Shown here: positions 16,191 through 26,014 of the stretch, piece after piece
How the letters are laid out: each line of letters begins with the position of its first letter
How positions within the stretch are numbered: position 1 is the stretch's first letter
Program-made: the position numbers and the translations under genes
Source of the DNA: an uncultured Candidatus Saccharibacteria bacterium
GTDB taxonomy: Bacteria; Patescibacteriota; Doudnabacteria; UBA920
Direction of reading: 5' to 3'
DNA: 64,000 bases
Assembly: GCA_964561085.1 (NCBI GenBank)
Contig: CAZLNP010000005.1
Location: forward strand, 3,151-67,150
Notes under the pieces: generated by a model
What the model was told of the DNA's origin: nothing
What the model saw: only the letters and a program-made list of their open reading frames with translations
The model's database searches: none

Positions 16191-18164
16191 TTACCTATCC
16201 ATGGGCATTTTGCTGTTCCATTCATAGGCTCGTTTCTTGTTTTCCTCATCCCCGTCTTCGGTTGGGAGGAGGGGTTGAGTCGGACATCCATATTTGTTGT
16301 TCTGCTTCAACCATTCGATCACATCAAGAAACTGCTTGTTAGCAAATTCTCGTTGGACTGGATCAGGATTAGTTATCTCTGACCCTATCATCCCGTAATC
16401 GATGTGAAGAAACAGATCAACGTTCTCTAGGTATGGTTCGATATAGAAACGTTCATTCTCCATGGTGTGCTTGGTGTTCAGCTTCGGCGACCTCATTTTC
16501 ATGAAGTATGGCCTTAATAAAACGCCTTGCTTGGTCAGGCTCTTGCACGCTGCCACTGCTTTTAGTGTGGCTGCGGTAGATTCTTCAGGACCTCCAAAGA
16601 TCATAAACGCTTCGGCTATCATTCCCGCATCTTGAATGCCGATGATGGCGTTTTGGATTTCGTTTCGCCGGTTATGGCTCTTACGAAGCATCTTCCAAGT
16701 CTTCTCATCATCGCCATCAACTCCCATGCCGATGCACTGCACGCCGAGTTTCTTCCATCTTGTAAGAATCTCTGAGTCGGCATTCAGTGCCATACTGACA
16801 AATTTGGAAGTAGCTAAAAACCTAAAGGGCACAAAAACTCCAGCCTTGCTAAATTCTTCGTGGATTATCCCCAAGGTTTTTTCCATGGTTTCCCAGTTTT
16901 GCAGACCGTCCAGGGTTGAGAGATAAATCTCATAATCTGGATTGGGACCAGCATAGGTAGCGATCATTTTGCCAAGCGTTGCCATTTCCTTGCGAAACGT
17001 AATTGGATTACGGAAAGCCTCTGCTCTATTTTTGTGCGCTCCGCAAAAGCTGCAATTGAATATGCAGCCGTCCGAAGTGAAAATGCAAAACTCTTTTTCG
17101 AAGTAAGCGCGCTTCATGTATTCCGGCAACGCTTCGATGGCCTCCCCCATCGATAGGTCGTATATGCTGTGCATTGAGCGAGTTAATCCGAGCTCGATAG
17201 ATAAATCGATCTCTTCACGAATGGCAATTACATTCTCTAATCGGTTTGCTAGAAAAAGTTTATTCCAATCCTCGCTCGTAATGTTTTCCATGATCGGGCC
17301 GCCGAAAAGTATTCGCTCATTGTAGCCCAGACTTCTTAATTCCTTAGCAAGCTTGAAGGCTTGAGGAATGTAAGGAGATCCAAGCACGCCTATGCCGATT
17401 AGATCAGCAGTGACGATGCTTTCTTGCGAAAGACCTTTATCGATGTTCAGATCAACGATTTCAACTTCGTAACCAACTGATCTTAGCCTGGTCGCTGTAG
17501 CGAGCAATCCGTTTACCAAGTAAACATGATTTCCAAACGCCGATCGGGGTTGCAGTAATAGAACTTTTTTACTTGTTTTCATTTTTTTCTCCAACTTTTT
17601 TCTGCGCCAATAGGCGTTCCCGATGAAACCCAAAGAGATTAATTGCAGCACCATCAAGAAAAAATATCCTTGTTGATACATCAATAATCCAGCGAATATA
17701 TGCATCAAGAGAAACCAAAGATAACCCGACGCATATTGTTTAGCGAGTAAGTAGTTACCAATTAAAAATCCGGCAGCTACTCCTATCTCAAGAATTTGAC
17801 TGACGGCAGTGATGCCACCAAAGTCATACAAGCTATAACCAAGTCCTAGTGGAATTAGTATTAAAGCTAGACAATCTAACCACTTCTCTAACCGCATTGA
17901 CCTTTTGGTGCCATCTTTTATTGCTAACAAGAGCCCTAACAGCATTGATGGTCCACCGGCGGCTTCAAGGCACCCAGCGATCCAATTTCGATTTAAGTAG
18001 AAAATGATCAGCCACGCTGGTAATCCAATTAAGTAAGACACCCAAGACATGATTCGCCACTTTCGCTTCTTTTCGTTAGAAAGGTCCTTCTCGGAGAACC
18101 AAAGAAAAACTTTATTGAGGAGATAGAATATACCTCCAATTAGCTGCATTATGTTATCAAGCAT
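16191..18164 (-). CDS. membrane-anchored radical SAM protein with B12-binding-like domain
   Basis: About 190 aa of N-terminal TM helices. Rossmann-like segment KVLLLQPRSAFGNHVYLVNGLLATATRLRSVGYEVEIVD. CxxxCxxC cluster motif CIFNCSFCGA. Confidence 0.65.
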   Translation of the reverse strand: MLDNIMQLIGGIFYLLNKVFLWFSEKDLSNEKKRKWRIMSWVSYLIGLPAWLIIFYLNRNWIAGCLEAAGGPSMLLGLLLAIKDGTKRSMRLEKWLDCLALILIPLGLGYSLYDFGGITAVSQILEIGVAAGFLIGNYLLAKQYASGYLWFLLMHIFAGLLMYQQGYFFLMVLQLISLGFIGNAYWRRKKLEKKMKTSKKVLLLQPRSAFGNHVYLVNGLLATATRLRSVGYEVEIVDLNIDKGLSQESIVTADLIGIGVLGSPYIPQAFKLAKELRSLGYNERILFGGPIMENITSEDWNKLFLANRLENVIAIREEIDLSIELGLTRSMHSIYDLSMGEAIEALPEYMKRAYFEKEFCIFTSDGCIFNCSFCGAHKNRAEAFRNPITFRKEMATLGKMIATYAGPNPDYEIYLSTLDGLQNWETMEKTLGIIHEEFSKAGVFVPFRFLATSKFVSMALNADSEILTRWKKLGVQCIGMGVDGDDEKTWKMLRKSHNRRNEIQNAIIGIQDAGMIAEAFMIFGGPEESTAATLKAVAACKSLTKQGVLLRPYFMKMRSPKLNTKHTMENERFYIEPYLENVDLFLHIDYGMIGSEITNPDPVQREFANKQFLDVIEWLKQNNKYGCPTQPLLPTEDGDEENKKRAYEWNSKMPMDR

Positions 18165-18369
18165 ATTGAACCTCCACAGTATTTTCCCTTTCGGGGTTAT
18201 CTACTAAAAGCAGTATGATAACCGCAAATAATACCACATTATACACCTATTGTCAATTTATTTCGTCAGAAAATTCTCAAAATATGTTTTAAATAAGCGT
18301 AGAAATTTATAATAATATATTTTGTGGATTTATTTTGACACAAAGCTTTGTTGAGTTTATACTTGATTT

Positions 18370-19166
18370 ATGGATCCAAATATTCAGTTTTTTAAGGATA
18401 ACTTGCTCGCACTAGGCTTAGCTTCGAGAGAAGCTCAAGTTTATTTAGCTTTGTTAGACATAGGGCATGGCACCGTGACTGAGATTACTAGGCGCGCTGG
18501 CATTAATAGAACCACAGGTTATGATATTTTGGATACCCTTGTGAGCAAGGGTTTTGTAGTATTTCTGGAAAAGAACCAAAGCAGGAATACGCAGCCGAAT
18601 CCCCTGAGAAAATTCTGGCATACTTGGAAGAAGAGCAGGTTGCTTCTGCAAAAAAGTTGGAAGCCGCTAAGCAATTCATTCCACAGCTAAAAACTCTTCA
18701 TAACACTCAAAGTCGTCCGAAAGTCCGGTACTATGAAGGGATTGAAGGATTGCGTGAAGTTTATGAGGATACCTTAACTAGCAAGGAAGATTTGCGTAGT
18801 TTGGCGCTAGTAGACGAGGCAGAAAGCACTTTGGAAGGTTATTTCCCTAAGTATTACCAACGCCGCGCTGCGAAAAACATCAATATTAGAGCCATATTTC
18901 CTGACTCCCCCGGTGCCCGTCACTTAAAGACTAAGGATGGCATTGAAAAACGAACTAGTTTAATTGTTCCTGGTAATGAATATGATTTGAAGCCTGAAAT
19001 TAACGTGTATGATAACAAGGTAATGATTGCTTCCTGGCATGAAAAGTTAGGAATAATTATAGAATCTCAAGAAATAGCTAATGCTATGAAAATGTTGTTT
19101 GAATTGGCCTGGAAAGAAGCTGAACTTGAAGACATAACCTCTGATAAAGATTTACTTAAGAAATAA
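18370..19166 (+). pseudogene. TrmB-family transcriptional regulator, frameshifted at a T-run (~18552..18556)
   Basis: Frame 1 encodes the HTH (...TGYDILDTLVSKGF). Frame 2 continues with the canonical ...SISGKEPKQEYAAESPEKILAYLEEEQ... and a C-terminal domain. The two frames join across ggTTTTg. Confidence 0.6.
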
Positions 19167-19173
19167 TAAAGAA

Positions 19174-19644
19174 ATGCTGAAGATTAAAATTGTATGTTTG
19201 GGCAAACTTAAAGAAAAAGCCTATGTTGAGCTAGAGAAAGAGTACTTGAAGCGGATATCCCCTTTTGCGAAGGTGAAAGTTGTGGAACTTAGTGAAGTGC
19301 CGTACAAATCTGAAGAAATGGCAGCAAAAGCAAAAGAAAAAGAAGCTGAACTAATAGTGAAACAGCTTCCAGACAATGGTATTGTAATTTTACTTGAAGA
19401 AAAAGGCCAAGAGAGAGATTCAGTAGCCTTCTCAGACTTTTTGGAACGGATAGGGGGGCTTGGTCAGGAAATCGTATTTGTGATTGGAAGCGGCATAGGA
19501 CTAAGTGAGTCTCTGAAAGAATATTCAAATCACAACATATCGCTAAGTAAATTAACTTTTCCGCATAATATGGCCAGAATCCTGCTAGAAGAGCAGATTT
19601 ACAGAGCCTGTACTATTAGCCTTGGGAAGAGTTATCATAAGTAG
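19174..19644 (+). CDS. rlmH: 23S rRNA (pseudouridine1915-N3)-methyltransferase RlmH
   Basis: SPOUT/YbeA family. Motifs KIKIVCLGKLKEK, ILLEEKG, FVIGSGIGLSE. Confidence 0.8.
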   Translation: MLKIKIVCLGKLKEKAYVELEKEYLKRISPFAKVKVVELSEVPYKSEEMAAKAKEKEAELIVKQLPDNGIVILLEEKGQERDSVAFSDFLERIGGLGQEIVFVIGSGIGLSESLKEYSNHNISLSKLTFPHNMARILLEEQIYRACTISLGKSYHK

Positions 19645-20992
19645 CTTCATTGTTACTGATAGCCTCTTTAAGGCAAAGACCCACTATTATCCATAGTAAT
19701 AGCTGAGTAGGCCAGATTGTGTAGAAATAATGGTCAAAGAGGAAAAGAACCAAGAAAGCTACCCCAATTGATAAGAGAATAAGCTGCCAATCCTCTATTT
19801 TACGCTTAATTAAAGCAAAAATTGGCAATATGATAAGAGTTAGCAAAGGAATGGCTCCAATTCCCCACTCTGCCCATGAAATTAAGTAATAATTATGGAT
19901 TGGCTGAATTTCCCAAGGTTCAAGATCCAAACCGCTGTAATGTTTCATGTGCAACACACTAATTCCGAACCCCAAGCCAAAAACTGGCTTATCTGCGACT
20001 ATTTTCTTGCCTAAATCATTGTAAAACAAACGTTCTTTTACTGCTGAATCAGAAATTGTTGTCCTGGTGGATAAATATGGGGACAAAATCAATATACTAC
20101 CTGCTATAATTAGTGAAACAGGGATAAACAACTTAGCAATATCAGAAAACCGCTTATTTATAAGCAGTACTGAAAGTACCGCAAACATCCCAATTCCCAA
20201 CGCTAGTATTCCACCACGTGAGAAAGTTAGGAATAAACCAAATATATTTAATAAAAGAAGTACATAGACCCAAATTCCACGTGATGTTTGGGGCTTTTTA
20301 ATAAGTAAATATAAGTTAAGTATAGTTGCGCAGACCAGGAAGGCACTGAGAAGGTTTGAGTGAGGGAAAGTTCCATAGGATCTGATTAGTTTTGTTCCAT
20401 GAGAAACAATCTTGGCAACTCCAAGAGTTTCTGGGCTCAAATGGGATTCTCCAAGCAAATATAGCCCGATGGACTTTTGATAGTAAAATTGGAAGATAGC
20501 TATCAGGCTTTGAATACCCCCAAGAATTGAGAATATCCAAGCTAGTTTTTCACGTGAAACAGATATTCTGGTCACAGCCAAAGCCAGACCGATCAGTAGA
20601 ATAACTCTAAGAGAAAAATAAGCTTGAAGCGAAAGGGTCTCTTTGCTCTGGATTAATAATTCTAGAGCTAGCCACCCTACAATAACAACAGCGAGTCCTA
20701 GCCATATCTTGAGGGGACGAGATATGGCATTAGTAGTAGAGGACTGATTAACACGACGAGTGGAGATATAGTTCCACATGAAACACCAAGAGGCGATGAA
20801 GAGTAGGGCAACTAGAACAATATCGCTAATATATAGAGAAAGTGATGTGAAGTCAGAATAGGCACCCGTCTTAAAGTTCCATGTGGAACTGAAAACATAA
20901 CGGATAGAGAAGGGGATTAGCGCAATTAAAAAATAGAATAGGGGATTCATCAATTTTGTTGCACGTGTAACATCTTGTGAGAGAGATTGCAT
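19616..20992 (-). CDS. O-antigen ligase/polymerase-family (Wzy_C-like) polytopic membrane protein
   Basis: About 11 predicted TM helices. FSRGGILALGIG motif typical of the Wzy_C domain. Confidence 0.6.
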   Translation of the reverse strand: MQSLSQDVTRATKLMNPLFYFLIALIPFSIRYVFSSTWNFKTGAYSDFTSLSLYISDIVLVALLFIASWCFMWNYISTRRVNQSSTTNAISRPLKIWLGLAVVIVGWLALELLIQSKETLSLQAYFSLRVILLIGLALAVTRISVSREKLAWIFSILGGIQSLIAIFQFYYQKSIGLYLLGESHLSPETLGVAKIVSHGTKLIRSYGTFPHSNLLSAFLVCATILNLYLLIKKPQTSRGIWVYVLLLLNIFGLFLTFSRGGILALGIGMFAVLSVLLINKRFSDIAKLFIPVSLIIAGSILILSPYLSTRTTISDSAVKERLFYNDLGKKIVADKPVFGLGFGISVLHMKHYSGLDLEPWEIQPIHNYYLISWAEWGIGAIPLLTLIILPIFALIKRKIEDWQLILLSIGVAFLVLFLFDHYFYTIWPTQLLLWIIVGLCLKEAISNNEATYDNSSQG

Positions 20993-21029
20993 ATGCTATA
21001 ATTGTAGCATCACTATTAAATTTTCGGTT

Positions 21030-21104
21030 CCTTCCCGTAGCTCAATGGATAGAGCCCCGCACTCCTAACGCGGTAATGTAGGTTCGACTCCTGCCGGGAA
21101 GACC
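21030..21104 (+). tRNA. tRNA-Arg(CCT)
   Basis: Acceptor CTTCCCG/CGGGAAG, D arm GCTC-AATGGATA-GAGC, anticodon loop CTCCTAA (A31·C39 mismatch at the stem end), T arm GTAGG-TTCGACT-CCTGC, encoded CCA. Confidence 0.75.
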
Positions 21105-21120
21105 ATTGTAAAAGATAAAA

Positions 21121-21414
21121 ATGTTAGATCAAATTAAAGATAAAAAACTAGAAGAGTTGAACACTAATCTAGCTGGGATTAATAGCAAGTTAGGAAACTT
21201 ATGGTTTTCTTTTGCAAAAGGGTTGCTAACAGGATTAGGTTCAGTACTTGGTGCGGGCCTTGCGATTATACTGATTGGGTGGTTCTTAAATGTAATTGGT
21301 GTCATTCCTGCGTTGAGTAATACCGCAACGCAATGGCGTGAAGCATTTCAAGCAACTCAACAGTCTACGGGGATAATTCCTACTGGAACAGAATCAGAAA
21401 CCCCAGCTCAATAG
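21121..21414 (+). CDS. small membrane protein, hypothetical
   Basis: 97 aa with one long hydrophobic segment. Followed by a terminator. Confidence 0.5.
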   Translation: MLDQIKDKKLEELNTNLAGINSKLGNLWFSFAKGLLTGLGSVLGAGLAIILIGWFLNVIGVIPALSNTATQWREAFQATQQSTGIIPTGTESETPAQ

Positions 21415-21424
21415 TTTACGAAAT

Positions 21425-21455
21425 TTAAAACACCCTTCGGGGTGTTTTTGTATTA
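21425..21455 (+). terminator. Rho-independent terminator
   Basis: aaaacacccTTCGgggtgtttttg. Confidence 0.7.
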
Positions 21456-21465
21456 TAATTAGGAA

Positions 21466-21891
21466 ATGGAAATGATTATTGAAACTAAGTTAGACTTTGA
21501 TCAGACTGTTGGAACGGAAGATCGGTTTGCAATTCGTAAGGTGATTGATTCTTTTGCATTCGCTGCAAACGGTGGTGATATTGAAAAGTTAAACAATCTA
21601 ATATCCGACTCTACTGTGATTGAGGGTTTCTCGGATTTGCCTTATGTAAAGGAAGAGTTTTTGAGCGTGGTTTCACGCTGGCAGAGTAGTGGCAAGCACA
21701 TAATGCGATTTCCAAAATTGAAACTTACATACGGACACTATTTGTATCACTTAACAGGAACTTACGAAGAGTTTGTTGATGGAATTCTTTCAACTGAAGG
21801 AACCATTGAGCTTGCTTTAATAAAGAACGATAGGGGATTCGAGTTTGTGAAAATTGTGTTCTTCCCCCGCATGCGTTTAGCGGAAGACTAG
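21466..21891 (+). CDS. hypothetical protein
   Basis: 141-aa ORF. No motif recognised. Confidence 0.5.
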   Translation: MEMIIETKLDFDQTVGTEDRFAIRKVIDSFAFAANGGDIEKLNNLISDSTVIEGFSDLPYVKEEFLSVVSRWQSSGKHIMRFPKLKLTYGHYLYHLTGTYEEFVDGILSTEGTIELALIKNDRGFEFVKIVFFPRMRLAED

Positions 21892-21973
21892 TTTGCTATT
21901 ATGCAACACTCGTGAAATGTTTTGGCAACACTCGTGCAACGTAATGCGTTTTGTGATAACATTCACTATCAAT

Positions 21974-22063
<90 letters not shown>

Positions 22064-22085
22064 ATGACTAAATCAATTTTAATAT

Positions 22086-22271
22086 ATGCCAATTGATCAA
22101 AACTTGAATCTCCTTCTGAAAGAAGTTTGGAGAATAGATAATAAAGTGATGAAGAAAGAAGAATTAACTGAACAAGAAAAATCTTTTTACAATGAACACC
22201 TCTCTATAATAAAAGACTATTATGTAGAGAATTATATTTATTGGAAAGATAAGAATCGTTTAGGAGAATAA
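22086..22271 (+). CDS. small hypothetical protein
   Basis: 61-aa ORF followed by the terminator at 22278..22308. Low support. Confidence 0.3.
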   Translation: MPIDQNLNLLLKEVWRIDNKVMKKEELTEQEKSFYNEHLSIIKDYYVENYIYWKDKNRLGE

Positions 22272-22277
22272 TTTTAA

Positions 22278-22308
22278 AAAGACGGACAAATGTCCGTCTT
22301 TTTATATT
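22278..22308. terminator. bidirectional Rho-independent terminator
   Basis: aaaaagacggacaAATGtccgtcttttta. Confidence 0.7.
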
Positions 22309-22386
22309 ACATAACTTTATTTTTTCTTCAGGAAAACTTTATCAAAACTTTAGAATTTCTTTATAAAAGTTTGAGTTTTTCTTGAA

Positions 22387-23436
22387 CTAGGTTTTAAGAT
22401 AGCTTTTGTACAATGAAATCTGACCCAAGGCGCGAGCCTTGTTGTGGGCCTTGCGGGTGTTGTACCGAGTTTCGTCCCAGCCGAAGTAGGAGTCGTCTAA
22501 ATAATCATTTAAGAAACGGGTAGCAAGGCCTAACATTACTAGTTTGCATGCTTGGGGGATTAGCGCTATTTCTCTCTCAGAGAGGAGTCCTTTTGAAGTG
22601 GCCAAGTATCCGCGCATTAGAGCCTCGTAAATTCCCGAGTTGAAAGAGTTGTTAGGATCATCTTCTAAGCCACCGCACCAGGAACGAACTGCATCCGCTA
22701 CTTCATATAGAGGGCTAAGAACTTGAAGGGTATCATAATCTATCATGCCAATTCCGTTGCCGTTTTCATCAAAAAGAAAATTGCTGGTTTTTGGGTCTGC
22801 ATGGATGATGCTAGCTGGTAAATCATCTGGAAGGAATAGCTTAGGGATTTCAGTGTGAAGCAGAAGTGCTGCTTCACGGATTTGTTCGTCTGCGTCTGCT
22901 GCGAACCGTTCTTGATATTGGTTTAGTATATCGAACCAGAGTTTGTAGTTATGAGACTTCCGCCCACTGTCTAAAGCCTTGGGATATTTTGCTAAAGCCG
23001 TATCTACTTCCCCAAGAACTTTTCCAGCTTCCTCTGCCATCGTGTTTCCTGTGCAAGTCTCATATGTGAAACCTTCAACTCCTTGCATTAATCGCCAGCG
23101 CCAAGTGTTTTCTTCTGGGCCAACCATGTCGCCTTGTTCGCCATCATCTTCAACCCAAAGACTTCCATCTTTAGTTCGCAACATTGTTTGAGTTTGTAAT
23201 CCTTGCTCACGTAGAAAGTGTGTCACGTGAAAATAATTACTCATCGATCCATTCATAGATACAGCCGGGTGCACCAACTGTAAAACGTACAACAAATTTT
23301 CAGCATTATTATTGTCAAGCGTTCTAATGAGGAATGTTTTATTCAACAGCCCACTGTTGGCGCGCTTAATGCTTTCGCTAGAAATACTAGCTAATTCGGG
23401 AATGTCCCAGTTGTGTAACACTTGTTCTGGTTTCAT
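22387..23436 (-). CDS. phosphotransferase-family kinase (APH/choline-kinase/homoserine-kinase II-like)
   Basis: Catalytic-loop-like IIHADPKTSNFLF and metal-binding-like GMIDYDT. Confidence 0.6.
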   Translation of the reverse strand: MKPEQVLHNWDIPELASISSESIKRANSGLLNKTFLIRTLDNNNAENLLYVLQLVHPAVSMNGSMSNYFHVTHFLREQGLQTQTMLRTKDGSLWVEDDGEQGDMVGPEENTWRWRLMQGVEGFTYETCTGNTMAEEAGKVLGEVDTALAKYPKALDSGRKSHNYKLWFDILNQYQERFAADADEQIREAALLLHTEIPKLFLPDDLPASIIHADPKTSNFLFDENGNGIGMIDYDTLQVLSPLYEVADAVRSWCGGLEDDPNNSFNSGIYEALMRGYLATSKGLLSEREIALIPQACKLVMLGLATRFLNDYLDDSYFGWDETRYNTRKAHNKARALGQISLYKSYLKT

Positions 23437-23490
23437 ACGAGTGGTTTTACTGACAAATTAATAGTATCATACAAGTACTAACCTAAACAT

Positions 23491-24636
23491 ATGGAAAATA
23501 ACACAAACAAGAAAGGCAAGATTCTGATTCTCTACACCTCAATTGGATTGGGGCATAAATATATTGCGCTAAACATCGCTTATCATTTAGAGAAAGCAGG
23601 TTTTGAGATTAAACTTGCAGATGTACTAAAAGTACAAAGTGGAATAATGGTAGATGCAGGGGAATGGTTTCACAGTTTAATTAATCGCCGGTTCCCTTTT
23701 ATTTGGCGCTGGCTATATTTTAGTAAAGCATTTGCAAAGGTGACCATGCCCTTTCGTGTTCCACTAGCGGGTAAGAACAGCGAGAACATTCAAAGTGCTG
23801 TGAGAGAATTTCAACCGGACATGGTGATATCAACTCAAACAAGTGCGTCCGCTCCAATGGCTTACATGAAACAACATAAATTGTTCAACGGTAAGTTTGT
23901 CATTGCTTTTAGCGACTATCACTTTCATCCATATTGGTTTTACGACCAAGCAGATTTTTATTTGGTAAACATCAAAGAACAAAAAGATGCACTTGAGAAG
24001 TTGGGAGTGCCTGCAGAGAAGATTGTTGTTTGCGGAATTACGTTGAAACCATCAGAAGATGTTAACGTAGAGTCAGTGAAACAAAAACTTGGTCTCACAG
24101 GGAAAGATGTTGTGCTAATGTCTAGTGGTTCGTTAGGAATTGGTTTCCCAGAAAGTCTGTTGTTGGACTACGCAAAGGAGTTAACCAAGATACAACCGAA
24201 CGCACAGTTAGTAGTAGTGTGTGGCAAGAATGAAACAATGAAGAAACATTTAGAAGATGAAGCAGTCAAACTGAAACTGAACATGACAGTGCTTGGCTTT
24301 TACGAACCTATGTCAGAACTGTATGCCATCACAAATGTGTTTCTCACAAAACCAGGAGGGTTAACAGTAGCAGAGGCGTTGCGAGATAGGGTGACTATGT
24401 TGACCACTCACTTTTTACCAGGGCAGGAAGAGCTGAATTACGAGTATCTGACAACAAGAAAACTGATGCAACCAATACCATCACCTATGACTCCACATAA
24501 TTTGGTGTCTAGAACAGTAGAGTTAATGAAACAAAAAATAGAAGTAGAAAACCCAAATTCCATAGAAATAACACAGAAAAATAACGAGGGATCAGCGTTA
24601 ATAAAAAGTATCGAAAATTTGTTTCATAATGTTTGA
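23491..24636 (+). CDS. glycosyltransferase family 28 (MGDG-synthase/UgtP-like diacylglycerol glycosyltransferase)
   Basis: N-terminal KILILYTSIGLGHKYIALNIAYHLEK motif characteristic of MGDG_synth. C-terminal GT-B domain. Confidence 0.65.
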   Translation: MENNTNKKGKILILYTSIGLGHKYIALNIAYHLEKAGFEIKLADVLKVQSGIMVDAGEWFHSLINRRFPFIWRWLYFSKAFAKVTMPFRVPLAGKNSENIQSAVREFQPDMVISTQTSASAPMAYMKQHKLFNGKFVIAFSDYHFHPYWFYDQADFYLVNIKEQKDALEKLGVPAEKIVVCGITLKPSEDVNVESVKQKLGLTGKDVVLMSSGSLGIGFPESLLLDYAKELTKIQPNAQLVVVCGKNETMKKHLEDEAVKLKLNMTVLGFYEPMSELYAITNVFLTKPGGLTVAEALRDRVTMLTTHFLPGQEELNYEYLTTRKLMQPIPSPMTPHNLVSRTVELMKQKIEVENPNSIEITQKNNEGSALIKSIENLFHNV

Positions 24637-24689
24637 CGAGCTCAAATCCATGCGTTAGTATAAGACAAAGAGTATTTAACTGATATATT

Positions 24690-25379
24690 ATGCCACGCAA
24701 AGAAAAATCATTTTTTGGGAAAATCATGGGCGGCGATGTTACTGATGTCGACCAAGTAGAAGAGGAAGAAACTGTTGAAGAAACCACTATTCTAGACGAC
24801 GACGATTTAGAAGATCTTGAAGCTGACGATGATATTGACGATCTAGAGGAAGAAGACGACGAAGTTCATTATGTTGAAGAACCAGCTGTTGCTCAAGCTC
24901 CTGCTCAAGAATACGAAGACGAATCAGATGATAGCGAAGATGAAGGCGAGCTTGAAGTTCCTGTCCAAGGTGGATATGAAGAAGCTGAACCTGTTGCTGT
25001 CGGTGGTGCTGCGGTAAGTCAAAAAGATGAAGAGTGGATGAATGACTACGAAGGTGCTCTGAACATCGACATGTATCAGACCAAAGATAACGTGATCATC
25101 AAATCTACAATTGCAGGTGTTCGTCCAGACGACATCGACATCACAGTTGCGAACGACATGGTGACAATCAAAGGCTCTCGTACACGTGAAGAAAAAATTA
25201 CTCAAGACGATTACTTCTACCAAGAATGTTATTGGGGAAGTTTCTCAAGAAGCGTAATTGTTCCAGTAGACATCGATAGTGAAAACATTGAAGCTGATTT
25301 GAAAGATGGAATCCTAACTGTAATTGTTCCAAAAGCTGCAAAGGCTAAGACAAAGAAAGTTAAAGTTAAAGGATTATAA
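24690..25379 (+). CDS. small heat-shock protein (Hsp20/alpha-crystallin) with long acidic N-terminal extension
   Basis: C-terminal ACD (ALNIDMYQTKDNVIIKSTIAGV...DMVTIKGSR...ADLKDGILTVIVPK). About 100 aa of D/E-rich low-complexity N-terminus. Terminator at 25388..25420. Confidence 0.8.
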   Translation: MPRKEKSFFGKIMGGDVTDVDQVEEEETVEETTILDDDDLEDLEADDDIDDLEEEDDEVHYVEEPAVAQAPAQEYEDESDDSEDEGELEVPVQGGYEEAEPVAVGGAAVSQKDEEWMNDYEGALNIDMYQTKDNVIIKSTIAGVRPDDIDITVANDMVTIKGSRTREEKITQDDYFYQECYWGSFSRSVIVPVDIDSENIEADLKDGILTVIVPKAAKAKTKKVKVKGL

Positions 25380-25459
25380 GCTATTAAAGCAAAGAAAAGC
25401 TCCGCTCTTGCGGAGCTTTTTAAATACTGATATACTCTTTCGTTAAAGGAGGAAAAAAG

Positions 25460-25897
25460 TTGAAAGTTATATCTGATGAATATTTTGAAGCGCATTTATC
25501 AAATGATTTTTATAACCCAATTTACAATACCGAAGATCACCGACTCTTAGAAGCCAAATCCATCGCAGGGCACATCCTAAAAGATCCGAACTATTGGATG
25601 GTGTATCAAAGCTCTGTTTTTGCTTTAAATACGGAAAAAATTTATTTGCTCTGGGCGCATGGAGTAGGTAAAAAAGATTCGTCGGAATATTGGTATCAGG
25701 ATGAAGACAACTTATTTAAGGTTCAGGAGTGGGTGAATGACAAAGATGGTTTAGGAGCAGTTTTAATTATTTTTACTTGTAATGTAATTGGAGCTACTCT
25801 CTTTTCCAGAAAGTCCCCGATTTTCTATCCCACTTCTGAACTTAGCTATAACGATATAATCGAAGGAAAGAATATTCAAATGTCCATTCCTAGATAG
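25460..25897 (+). CDS. hypothetical protein
   Basis: 145-aa ORF. Terminator-like hairpin at ~25912..25945. Confidence 0.45.
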   Translation: MKVISDEYFEAHLSNDFYNPIYNTEDHRLLEAKSIAGHILKDPNYWMVYQSSVFALNTEKIYLLWAHGVGKKDSSEYWYQDEDNLFKVQEWVNDKDGLGAVLIIFTCNVIGATLFSRKSPIFYPTSELSYNDIIEGKNIQMSIPR

Positions 25898-26014
25898 ATT
25901 TCTTACTAGCTTTAGGTCGCCAATTGTAGGCGGCCTTTTTTATGGTTTCATAATGACTAAAATGCTATAATTTATAGTGAAATACCTTACACTTAAAATC
26001 TGAAATTCAAACAA

